Positions 9,554 through 17,515 of a stretch of DNA of 41,066 nucleotides are shown here, piece after piece. The stretch comes from a virus (Duplodnaviria > Caudoviricetes). Each line of letters opens with the position of its first letter. Within the stretch, counting starts at the first letter, position 1. The notes under the pieces were generated by a model. It did not search any database. It was not told the DNA's origin and saw only the letters and a program-made list of their open reading frames with translations. The stretch covers positions 1-41,066 of the IMG/VR virus record IMGVR_UViG_3300014201_000006; one strand, written 5' to 3'. The position numbers were made by a program, and so were the translations under genes.

Positions 9554-10587
9554 TGTCATACAATGGCCCATTACCACAAGTAGTTAATGCAGGAGGAACT
9601 GGAAGAGCAACCCTTACAAATCATGGGGTTCTTGTCGGCGCTGGCACTTCTAATATTACTCAGCTCGCAGCAGGAAGCGCAAATCAAGTTTTACAATCTG
9701 GGGGTGCTTCTGCAGACCCAGCTTATTCGACAGCAACCTATCCAGCAACAGCTACAAGCACAGGCGTAATTCTCCGAGCTGACGGCACGAATTGGAGCGC
9801 GACAACCGCGACTTATCCAACTACGACGACATCTCAACAGATTCTATATTCTACAGCCAATAGCGTGATTGGGGAATTAACTACAGCTAACAGCAAATTT
9901 CCTGCAACAAATAGTTCTGGAACGCTTGCTATGAGGGCTTTTTCTGTAGTTCGTCAGGTCTTTACTTCAACAGGAACTTATACACCCACAGCCGGAATGC
10001 TTTATTGTGATATTGAGGCAGTTGGAGGCGGAGGAGGTGGTGGTGGTGCAGCCAGTGCGGGTAGCAATTCAGCACAAGGCGGAGGAGGTGGTGGTGGTGG
10101 TGGCTATGCACGTGGAATTTTTTCATCAGCCACAATTGGAGCGTCTCAATCCGTTACCATAGGAGCTGCAGGTTCAGCAGGATCAAATTCAGGCGGAACA
10201 GGAGGAACTGGCGGCACTACGTCAGTTGGATCAACTTTAATTTCTGCAACGGGTGGAGTAGGAGGGGTTAACTTAGGAAATGCCGTTCCATCACCAGGAG
10301 GAGCTGGAGGGGCAGGATCAAGCGGTGATTTTCAGACCAACGGAAGTCCAGGATGTGATTCAGTTGAATATGCTGTTGCCACTTCTTATCAAGGAACTTC
10401 CGGAAGTGGAGGTTCTAGTTTTTTTGGTGGAGGTGCCAAAGGTGTCAATGGAACGGCAGCGGGATTAAATGCTCTTTCTTATGGTGGGGGAGGAAGTGGA
10501 GCAAATAGTCTTAATGCGGGCGGAGCAAATATTGGTGGAACGGGTGCTAAAGGCGTCGTAATTATAACAGAGTACATCATCAACTGA
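9553..10587 (+). CDS. tail fibre protein with Gly-rich C-terminal domain
   Basis: 'QVFTSTGTYTPTAGMLYCDIEAVGGGGGGGG...GVVIITEY'. Confidence 0.8.
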   Translation: MSYNGPLPQVVNAGGTGRATLTNHGVLVGAGTSNITQLAAGSANQVLQSGGASADPAYSTATYPATATSTGVILRADGTNWSATTATYPTTTTSQQILYSTANSVIGELTTANSKFPATNSSGTLAMRAFSVVRQVFTSTGTYTPTAGMLYCDIEAVGGGGGGGGAASAGSNSAQGGGGGGGGGYARGIFSSATIGASQSVTIGAAGSAGSNSGGTGGTGGTTSVGSTLISATGGVGGVNLGNAVPSPGGAGGAGSSGDFQTNGSPGCDSVEYAVATSYQGTSGSGGSSFFGGGAKGVNGTAAGLNALSYGGGGSGANSLNAGGANIGGTGAKGVVIITEYIIN

Positions 10588-10593
10588 GGACAC

Positions 10594-11919
10594 ATGACAG
10601 CAAATAACAACCCAACAACTCCAGTTTCATTCGACGCCCTTGCAGTAGGCCGTAGCAGCACAATAGCTTTTATAACGGTCTTCAACACACGTAATCCTAA
10701 CTCTGGGGACGTAAACTATCCTCTTCAACAGCGCTGGTACAATACAGAGGCGGAAAGCGAATGGATTCTTACTGGATATAGCATTCAATCTGAAGTCAAA
10801 ACAGCAGTTTGGCAGCCTATTAGTGTATCGGCTATTGCAGTAACTGAGACATTGACCGGAAATTCCGGCGGTCCTGTCGGAGTTGACTCAAACAATAATA
10901 TTAACGTTGTCGGCGACGGCACTACAATAAATATCGTTGGCAATCCTTCAACACATACATTAACAGCCAGCATCGCAACCGACGTTCTTACAACACTGGC
11001 CGCTAATACTGGCAGCGCGACGGGATCAAGTAATACTATAACAATTGCAGGCGGAACTGGCATTACAACCAGCGCAACGGGATCAACTGTCACTGTTTCA
11101 ACAGCGGGTGATGTAGCAACGCTTTACACAGAAGATAGTGGAACAGCTACTCCATCTGGTGGAAACATTATATTTCATGGAATAAATGGAATAACAACCT
11201 CTGGATCTGGAAATACCGTTACCATTTCGGTAACAAATGGCCCTCCAATTCTTAAAGTCAACATTCAAACTTTTTCTACATCAGGAACCTATACGCCCAG
11301 CGCAGGACTTTATAATGCTATCATAGAAACTTTAGGGGGCGGAGGCGGAGGCGGGGGAACTCCAGCCGCACCATCTGGTCAAGCATTAGCAGCGGGTGGT
11401 GGCGCGGGCGGGGGATATGCACGCGGCTCATTTACTGCTGGAACCATTGGATCATCTCAAACTGTAACCATTGGAGCTGGAGGCAGTGGAGCATCAGCCG
11501 GAAACAACGCAGGGTCCGCAGGCGGAACGACTTCTGTGGGCTCATTGATTTCTGCTACAGGCGGTGGCGCTGGAGCTGCCAGCGGAGCAAACAACATGAG
11601 CGCAACTGGCGGCGTTGGAACTGGAGGAACTGGTGGTGCTGGAACTGGCGGCCAAGTAAACACAACTGGAGCTCCTGGCGGAACAGGATTTATATATTTT
11701 AGCACATCGACTGGCAACTTTGGCGCTTCAGGCGGAATCGGCGGGTCTACTTATCTAGGCGGAGGCGGTGCGGCTGGTATAGCATCTGGCGCAAATGGTG
11801 GAAATGCTACATCGGCTGGCGGCGGAGGAAGTGGAGGCGGAGATGTCAACGCTACATCTGCAAGAAGCGGCGGAAATGGTTTTGCAGGATTAGTTATAAT
11901 TACGGAGTACATCACATGA
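10594..11919 (+). CDS. tail fibre protein with Gly-rich C-terminal domain (paralogous to 9553)
   Basis: ETLTGNSGG module plus 'QTFSTSGTYTPSAG...GGGGGGGG...GLVIITEY'. Confidence 0.8.
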   Translation: MTANNNPTTPVSFDALAVGRSSTIAFITVFNTRNPNSGDVNYPLQQRWYNTEAESEWILTGYSIQSEVKTAVWQPISVSAIAVTETLTGNSGGPVGVDSNNNINVVGDGTTINIVGNPSTHTLTASIATDVLTTLAANTGSATGSSNTITIAGGTGITTSATGSTVTVSTAGDVATLYTEDSGTATPSGGNIIFHGINGITTSGSGNTVTISVTNGPPILKVNIQTFSTSGTYTPSAGLYNAIIETLGGGGGGGGTPAAPSGQALAAGGGAGGGYARGSFTAGTIGSSQTVTIGAGGSGASAGNNAGSAGGTTSVGSLISATGGGAGAASGANNMSATGGVGTGGTGGAGTGGQVNTTGAPGGTGFIYFSTSTGNFGASGGIGGSTYLGGGGAAGIASGANGGNATSAGGGGSGGGDVNATSARSGGNGFAGLVIITEYIT

Positions 11920-12044
11920 AAAAACACTGGTATCTGCTCTACATTTTTTTCATTCTTGGAGCTATAACTGGATGCGCTCTTACGATCACGATCAATGAAT
12001 CATTGAAGCATGATCATGCTAACCATTATTGGCTGCAAGACTAA
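11916..12044 (+). CDS. small putative lipoprotein (42 aa)
   Basis: MKKHWYLLYIFFILGAITG-C: basic N-terminus, hydrophobic core, lipobox-like ITGC; ATGA-coupled to the tail fibre gene. Confidence 0.55.
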   Translation: MKKHWYLLYIFFILGAITGCALTITINESLKHDHANHYWLQD

Positions 12045-12343
12045 TCGAGCCATATCAGGCATTCGACAAAGCTATCTATTTCCTTAAAGGCATTTTTAAT
12101 GGCATCAGGGTTTTTATTGCCGGACTTCATTTCTATTCTATAAATCAGATAGGTTTTCATAAAAAGATTCATGGCTTGATCAGGCAAAAGATAGTCATCT
12201 CTTTCTTTAATATAAATATTGCTTAATTCTTCATTGCCTTCATAGATAGCCTGCCAGACGAACCTATCTTCCCATGCGACAAGTGGTATTGGAATAGACG
12301 AGGTCGCTAATAGAGTTGCAAGAATCATGATCATATGGTGCAT
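12041..12343 (-). CDS. hypothetical protein with signal-peptide-like N-terminus
   Basis: Hydrophobic N-terminal stretch, 100 aa. Confidence 0.5.
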   Translation of the reverse strand: MHHMIMILATLLATSSIPIPLVAWEDRFVWQAIYEGNEELSNIYIKERDDYLLPDQAMNLFMKTYLIYRIEMKSGNKNPDAIKNAFKEIDSFVECLIWLD

Positions 12344-12354
12344 AAGTGCAAACT

Positions 12355-12624
12355 TTAATTCAAGTCATCCGGCTCATGAAACTTCATCTGTATCCCGCCA
12401 TCCTTTGTCTCACGAATAACGATCAAGCTATGAGCTCTTTCGATCTCGTAGTTGATGAACCTCTTCAGCTCATCTTTAGCCAGCTTCCAGTGAACGGGAT
12501 CAGCAAACATCTTATTATATAAGGTGTAGCGCTTGATCTGCGCTGAGAGCTTTTCTTTGATGTCTTCGACGTAGTCTTCTTGATCTTCGAAAATGGTATA
12601 GGGTTCTTTTTTGGTAGGTCGCAT
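12355..12624 (-). CDS. hypothetical protein
   Basis: 89 aa; TTGACT promoter-like element just upstream. Confidence 0.6.
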   Translation of the reverse strand: MRPTKKEPYTIFEDQEDYVEDIKEKLSAQIKRYTLYNKMFADPVHWKLAKDELKRFINYEIERAHSLIVIRETKDGGIQMKFHEPDDLN

Positions 12625-12800
12625 AGATCATGCTATTGCACTCACAAAGGAAATAAGTCAAACGGAAAGAAAAGAGTTGCCGTTGTGCGAGGCTTTTTGT
12701 GAAGAGCTTGTTAAGATCGACCCCTGCTCAAACCAAATTTATATGTTTTAGAATAAAGACTTTGGTTTCAAAAACCCCTTACGATAAATAAAGTTTTTTG

Positions 12801-12828
12801 GGCTAACGTAATAGCTATTATCAGACGA
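12801..12828 (-). other. dif-like XerC/XerD recombination site
   Basis: Minus strand TCGTCTGATAA-TAGCTA-TTACGTTAGCC: 11-6-11 layout with inner ATAA/TTA and a XerD-like arm (E. coli dif GGTGCGCATAA-TGTATA-TTATGTTAAAT); intergenic. Confidence 0.7.
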
Positions 12829-12943
12829 TAAGCGATTTCTTTACGGTTGACAAGAATCAATCTTCATCGTCCGCAGGCTCTTCTGCGTTTGTGATAAAAC
12901 CTCTTGTCGCAAAGCTTGCAGTGGTAGGTCAGAAGGGTGGGCA

Positions 12944-13177
12944 TTAAGAGTCTTTGTCCTTTTTCGCCTTTTTCCAAGCATCATCCAAAAATTCAGAAAG
13001 TTTGTCTTCTAGTTCCTGTCTTCTTTTAGAGGGAAAGGCTTCGGCTTCTTCTTTTCTGGAGAACTTCATTTCCGTCGCTTCTGCCGTCATTAGAGCTCCG
13101 TAAGCTGCTGACAATAACATCAGCGCTCTTATGTGCATGTAGGAAAAAGGCCGCTTTTCTTCTAATTCTTCGCTCAT
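12944..13177 (-). CDS. hypothetical protein
   Basis: 77 aa, in the recombination operon. Confidence 0.6.
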   Translation of the reverse strand: MSEELEEKRPFSYMHIRALMLLSAAYGALMTAEATEMKFSRKEEAEAFPSKRRQELEDKLSEFLDDAWKKAKKDKDS

Positions 13178-13189
13178 ATCAATAAACCC

Positions 13190-13987
13190 CTACTTTAAGT
13201 TAATCATATCAATCTGCTCAGCCTTAACATCGACAGGCTTAGCTTCCATAGCAATCTTTTCTTCGACCCATTTTAGATAGGACTTAGAGAATTTGTCAGT
13301 ATGTTTTATCGCCTGCTTGATCGTGTCGTCGGCGGATTTACCGCTTTTCTCGGAGATGAACTTCACGAAGTCGTCTAGATCGTAGTCCATATTCTCTATC
13401 TCTTTGAACTTGTCTTTGAAAGCGGTTTTGCTTTCTTCGTTTACTGGAGAAACTTCAGCTATTTCAACGACTTCAACCGTTTCTTTATCATCTTCTACTT
13501 CGCCCTCAACATAGGCTTTCGTTGCTATATCTGGAGCAAGACGACGTCTCAGTCTAGAAATACATCTAGCAAAAAGCATATCAGAAGTGTTTTTTTCCCA
13601 CGCTCCACCGCTTTTAACCAAATTAGCTTTTCTCGCGTCTTCAATCGTATAAATAGACGTGTATTCGTCCCCAGTATCGCTTCGCTTCCCATAAATTTCG
13701 CAGCGGGTGTTGTCTGATTGGGTTATTTTTAGTCGAACTCCAGCCCCCCTTAATAAGGAATGCATCAATTCAGCGCTCATGGTTATTTTCCCTTGCACAT
13801 TTGAAAATCCGCCCATAATAGCCGTCATTGGACTTACGCCGATTTCTCTTGCATACATGGCTATGCACATAACGCCTGGCATTCCTCCAAGGGATTGAAA
13901 ATACTTGGAATCCACAGCATATTTGCAAATGGTTTCTAATGCCTGCATTTCGTGAGTTGTTGGAATTAGTGATATTTCTTTAGTCAT
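13190..13987 (-). CDS. single-strand annealing recombinase (RecT/Redbeta-like)
   Basis: 'AREIGVSPMTAI..FSNVQGKITMSAELM', 'YTIEDARKANL...WEKNTSDMLFARCISR'. Confidence 0.75.
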   Translation of the reverse strand: MTKEISLIPTTHEMQALETICKYAVDSKYFQSLGGMPGVMCIAMYAREIGVSPMTAIMGGFSNVQGKITMSAELMHSLLRGAGVRLKITQSDNTRCEIYGKRSDTGDEYTSIYTIEDARKANLVKSGGAWEKNTSDMLFARCISRLRRRLAPDIATKAYVEGEVEDDKETVEVVEIAEVSPVNEESKTAFKDKFKEIENMDYDLDDFVKFISEKSGKSADDTIKQAIKHTDKFSKSYLKWVEEKIAMEAKPVDVKAEQIDMINLK

Positions 13988-14522
13988 TTTTCCTATGTCT
14001 CCTTTGATGACATTTATTACAGAGCCAAATTACTTCCAGTGGTTTCGAATAATTCTCATGATGTCCATGAATTCTTTCTTTTGAACCACATTCCTGACAT
14101 GCGTCGAATTTGATTATATGTCCTTTCGACACATGGTAGTTCAATATCTTTCTGGCGTTAATTTTGTCTCTGTGTTTTTCTCTTTCTTTTCGGCTTTCTT
14201 CTCTGCTTCGATATAATCCGCGAAGCCTATTGTATTTCTCTGCATTTAATGCTTTATAATCGCGTGCTTTTTTTCTGTTTTCTGGCGACTTTCTTTTCGC
14301 ATTAACTTTTTCTTTATTTCTATCATACCAGAGTTTGTTAAGGCTGATAATCCGCTCTCTGTTTAACAGCCTTCGAGCGTTTCTGCATTTCTTACAGTCG
14401 CCTCTGAGACCACATTTAGTTTTGTTTGATTTCCCAAAGTCATCAAGAGCTTTCATTTCTTTACAGCGAGAGCAAAGTTTATGGCCATCGACAATCTTGG
14501 TTTCTTCAACCACGGCCCTCAT
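13980..14522 (-). CDS. HNH-type homing endonuclease-like protein
   Basis: N-terminal CxxC..CxxC; C-terminal 'CQECG...HGHHENYSKPLEVIWLCNKCH'. Confidence 0.8.
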   Translation of the reverse strand: MRAVVEETKIVDGHKLCSRCKEMKALDDFGKSNKTKCGLRGDCKKCRNARRLLNRERIISLNKLWYDRNKEKVNAKRKSPENRKKARDYKALNAEKYNRLRGLYRSREESRKEREKHRDKINARKILNYHVSKGHIIKFDACQECGSKERIHGHHENYSKPLEVIWLCNKCHQRRHRKND

Positions 14523-14689
14523 CCCTCTCCCTGTTTTATAACTTGATCTCTCAGCATAAACATCTCATCCATGAGCGCTTTTTTGCTTTTCTCTAGCTCT
14601 AATATCTGCTCGTCGAGCTCGTCTATTTTATCATAGACGCACTCTAAAAGCCTCTCTTCTTTAGTCATTGCCCATTTAGAGGAGTCCAT
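14519..14689 (-). CDS. small coiled-coil protein (56 aa)
   Basis: Overlapping start/stop codons with both neighbours. Confidence 0.5.
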   Translation of the reverse strand: MDSSKWAMTKEERLLECVYDKIDELDEQILELEKSKKALMDEMFMLRDQVIKQGEG

Positions 14690-14868
14690 TATTCTTCCCC
14701 CTCAACTTCATATAATAGGTCATAGCAAAGAGTCATCGCTCTACTACAAAGCTCGAATGTTTTTCTTAACTCGGCGGCCGTTGAAGTGTCCTGATGCCTT
14801 AAAGTTCCCTCGAGAAGAGACTGAACTTTGTAAATATAATCTTTCATTCTTTCGTCTAAGGCTTGCAT
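14689..14868 (-). CDS. hypothetical protein (59 aa)
   Basis: TAATG coupling at both ends. Confidence 0.5.
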   Translation of the reverse strand: MQALDERMKDYIYKVQSLLEGTLRHQDTSTAAELRKTFELCSRAMTLCYDLLYEVEGEE

Positions 14869-15512
14869 TACTTCCTCCTCACTACGAACTTCTTATCCTT
14901 AACAATTCTCACCCCCGGAATGTCCTGCATCCCAAGATCAATATGTCTTTGAATCAACTTCTCGTCTACAACCCAATAAATATCGGGAATAAGCTTCACG
15001 TCCACAATCTCGAACGTGGTCACTTCCTTGTAGTAGCTCGAAGCCTTAGAGCTCTGCATCAGCCTAGCTTCGTCTGGGATTAAGATATCAATGCCCAGCT
15101 TCTCGGACAGCTCCTTAACGGACTCTTGTGCCGCGGCCATCTTTGCCTCTTCAGCCTTCTGGAAAATCGCAATCTTAATCTTGATCTCATTCTCAGCGAT
15201 ATTCAGGATCTCTTGCAGCCCCTTAGACGCGTCATTAATCATCTGTACCGATTTACGGTACGGCTCAATCGCTTTCTTGCGGAGGTCTTCGAGGGTCTTG
15301 TTTAGAGTTCTAACATCCGATGTAACATCGAGAGCAACGCTGCATTCTTCCTGTGTCTCAACGGACATGTTTTTAGCTATGAGAGATAGCTTGCTAATTG
15401 TGGGGAGATGTTGCTCCATTTCTGATATTGCAGGATGCCGATTTACTTGCATCACTTCAAAATCATCTTTTAAGAAATCCAGGAAGTCTGTATCTTGTTT
15501 AGTATCATTCAT
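14868..15512 (-). CDS. Gp157/Gam-like coiled-coil protein of phage recombination modules
   Basis: Long coiled coil followed by 'FEIVDVKLIPDIYWVVDEKLI......IPGVRI'. Confidence 0.7.
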   Translation of the reverse strand: MNDTKQDTDFLDFLKDDFEVMQVNRHPAISEMEQHLPTISKLSLIAKNMSVETQEECSVALDVTSDVRTLNKTLEDLRKKAIEPYRKSVQMINDASKGLQEILNIAENEIKIKIAIFQKAEEAKMAAAQESVKELSEKLGIDILIPDEARLMQSSKASSYYKEVTTFEIVDVKLIPDIYWVVDEKLIQRHIDLGMQDIPGVRIVKDKKFVVRRK

Positions 15513-15562
15513 AAGGCTCCTACCTTGGTTTGATTCTTCTTATTCAGGTTATGCTTATTACT

Positions 15563-15591
15563 AGCCCGGCGCTCATCTGCCGGGCTTTTTT
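15563..15591 (+). terminator. intrinsic terminator-like hairpin (U-tract on + strand)
   Basis: AGCCCGGC-8 nt-GCCGGGCT followed by a T run. Confidence 0.65.
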
Positions 15592-15818
15592 CATTTCCAC
15601 TCGTCTTCCGCATATGCTTTTGAAAGCAGTCCGAACATTAAAACGACCTCTTCTGGGGTCATTTTCATTCGCTTTAGCATGCTCATCAAGAAAGTAATAG
15701 TCGTCTCAACAGCTTCTTTTGGGGAGATTTCATTCAGCTCGAAAAACTCCATCAGCGTGTTGAATTGCGAGTCTCTTCGCTCCTGGCTTTTGTCTGTGGG
15801 CTTTCCTATTTTTTCCAT
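15591..15818 (-). CDS. hypothetical protein
   Basis: 75 aa, in operon. Confidence 0.55.
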   Translation of the reverse strand: MEKIGKPTDKSQERRDSQFNTLMEFFELNEISPKEAVETTITFLMSMLKRMKMTPEEVVLMFGLLSKAYAEDEWK

Positions 15819-15844
15819 TTATACCATGTATTGTAAAAGAGCAT

Positions 15845-16429
15845 TCATTTAGCCGTCAAGTAGCAATACGCATTATACCATGAAATTGCGGTAGAAATAA
15901 GTTTTTTATCAACTTCATATTTGTGTACTTTGGGCATATCGCCATTGGAATCAAGCTGCACAAAAAGAGCTGTATTGTCAACTTTAATATTGTTAAGGTC
16001 GGCGAGCAGCTTGTATAGCGCAGCTTGAATCGGCCACTTTGTTGAGTCTGCAGCTACAGTACATTTAAAATCGGTTATGAATAAGCTGGCCGATCCCTTA
16101 AAATTTGCAAGCATATCAATACAGCCAGTGAGGTTCATGTGCTGGTCATAAAGTCTTTTCTCGGGGTCTACGGGCTGAAGACACGTTGCCTTTTCCCATT
16201 TAAGATATGACTCAAAATATTTTTCTTCCTTGTCCGTAATTGGTATAAATTCGTTCATAACATGCGCCTTAATCGCCTTATGAACCGATGTTCCCAGATC
16301 GGCCTTGCGCTGAAGCACGCCTTCGTTAATGTTGTACATGGGGTAGCCCCACTTCCCGTCGGGCGACTGAGAGGGGATCATGGCTAGAATATGGCTTACG
16401 CGTATCCATTTGGGGTCGATGTCAGTCAT
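15845..16429 (-). CDS. PD-(D/E)XK exonuclease-like protein
   Basis: 'IRVSHIL', 'DLGTSVHKAI', 'TGCIDM', 'ITDFKC', 'IQAALY'. Confidence 0.85.
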   Translation of the reverse strand: MTDIDPKWIRVSHILAMIPSQSPDGKWGYPMYNINEGVLQRKADLGTSVHKAIKAHVMNEFIPITDKEEKYFESYLKWEKATCLQPVDPEKRLYDQHMNLTGCIDMLANFKGSASLFITDFKCTVAADSTKWPIQAALYKLLADLNNIKVDNTALFVQLDSNGDMPKVHKYEVDKKLISTAISWYNAYCYLTAK

Positions 16430-16592
16430 TGAACGCCACAATTAAGTTGCCAACAGTCAGCCAAGTGGAGACAATCAAAGTAAAACAGCCGCTCGTTTGG
16501 GCCCATGTTAAGTCAAAAACACTCCACAGGCCAAGGCACATTAAAAGGCTTGTTGTTAGAGGGTCTTTTAAAACACTTCGTATAATCCTCAT
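16422..16592 (-). CDS. small two-TM membrane protein (56 aa)
   Basis: AAGGAG RBS; MRIIRSVLKDPLTTSLLMCLGLWSVF...; first gene of the leftward operon. Confidence 0.55.
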   Translation of the reverse strand: MRIIRSVLKDPLTTSLLMCLGLWSVFDLTWAQTSGCFTLIVSTWLTVGNLIVAFND

Positions 16593-16609
16593 TCGGGCTC
16601 CTTTTCCTA

Positions 16610-16641
16610 TTGATTATATATCTCGCTATACATATAATCAA
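16610..16641. promoter_or_regulatory. symmetric bidirectional sigma70-type promoter
   Basis: TTGATT-17-TATAAT on both strands (+: 16610-15/16633-38; -: 16641-36/16618-13). Confidence 0.8.
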
Positions 16642-16666
16642 GGCCAAAGTGAATATAGGAAAGGTT

Positions 16667-16822
16667 ATGTTTGATGATAGAGAATTGATTTGGCTTTTGG
16701 CGTTTATAACGGAAGAGCTTAGGGTTGCAGAAGAAACCCCAGCTCCGGCAGTAGTCGTACAAAGGCTGAGAGGAATAAAGAAAAAACTTGAAAAGATGTA
16801 TATAGAGGCCACCACCACATGA
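16667..16822 (+). CDS. hypothetical protein
   Basis: ATG 16667 after GGAAAGG RBS. Confidence 0.55.
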   Translation: MFDDRELIWLLAFITEELRVAEETPAPAVVVQRLRGIKKKLEKMYIEATTT

Positions 16823-17073
16823 CATTTAAAGACTGGCTTGCCCTTCACGGCCTCAGTTTAAACGCCTTTGCTAGGCTTACAGGCTTTTCTGTCGGCGCAA
16901 TACACAATTTAACTTTAGGCACGCCTCCCTTACGAAAAACCGTCATAAAACTTGTAAGAGTCACCAAGGGCTTTAAGCAGCCCATTACCTACGACATGTT
17001 CCCTCAAGTCTATTGCAGGGGATCACATACGCTCATTTCCTCGGAAGAAGCGTTTGGGACAAAATCTGCATGA
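16819..17073 (+). CDS. Cro-like HTH transcriptional regulator
   Basis: 'FKDWLALHGLSLNAFARLTGFSVGAIHNL..G..P' XRE-type HTH. Confidence 0.75.
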   Translation: MTFKDWLALHGLSLNAFARLTGFSVGAIHNLTLGTPPLRKTVIKLVRVTKGFKQPITYDMFPQVYCRGSHTLISSEEAFGTKSA

Positions 17074-17234
17074 AGTCTATCGAGAAATATTTAGAATGGA
17101 GACTTAAAAACAATCATAAAGTCTGGATAACTTCGGACAGCGTCGTCTGTTGGATCGTTGGTTTTCTAGATGGCGTCTTGTTTGTGGTTCTTTGTATGAT
17201 TGTCTCTACCATTCTCTGGCTTTTCTTAAAATAA
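17070..17234 (+). CDS. small membrane protein
   Basis: ATGA coupling; hydrophobic C-terminus. Confidence 0.5.
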   Translation: MKSIEKYLEWRLKNNHKVWITSDSVVCWIVGFLDGVLFVVLCMIVSTILWLFLK

Positions 17235-17258
17235 AACAGGCGGCGGTGTAGCCGCCTG
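17228..17258 (-). terminator. intrinsic terminator of a putative antisense RNA
   Basis: Perfect 8-bp stem CAGGCGGC/GCCGCCTG with TTTTATTT on the minus strand. Confidence 0.65.
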
Positions 17259-17283
17259 AAAACAAAGAAAGGAGCACTCTTAC

Positions 17284-17515
17284 GTGCAATTCTCACCGTA
17301 TAGGATTGGGGAGATTTAGGTCAACGAAAAGGTTTAAGTGGATTTTTTAACAAGATCTTGTTTAGCATTAGGGCTATAAATGAGAAGGGAGCCCGCCAAG
17401 ACCCCCTCGAGAACATAGTACGCTTTGATCTGCCTACTATATTAGTTCGAGGGTTTATTTTCCAACAACGAAAATAAAAACTTGCCTCCCTTCTCCAACT
17501 TCAAAGGAGAAGTTT
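17284..17515 (+). promoter_or_regulatory. structured leader of the replication initiator (mini-ORF, attenuator-like hairpin, RBS hairpin)
   Basis: AAGGAG + GTG 11-aa ORF 17284-17319; hairpin 17404-17453 plus T tract; CTTCTCC/GGAGAAG (17490-96/17506-12) covers the RBS. Confidence 0.55.

Noticed and set aside
5478-11717. Long antisense ORFs over the tail fibre genes (e.g. 5478-5894, 7950-8453)
   Set aside because: Val/Pro/Ala-rich shadows of Thr/Gly/Ala codon bias; no RBS
9553-11919. Diversity-generating retroelement or invertible tail-fibre cassette
   Set aside because: No reverse transcriptase or invertase; the paralogous tips differ at all base types and lie in the same orientation
15845-16441. 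Cas4/CRISPR system
   Set aside because: PD-(D/E)XK nuclease without the Cas4 Fe-S cysteine pattern; no repeat-spacer array seen in the window
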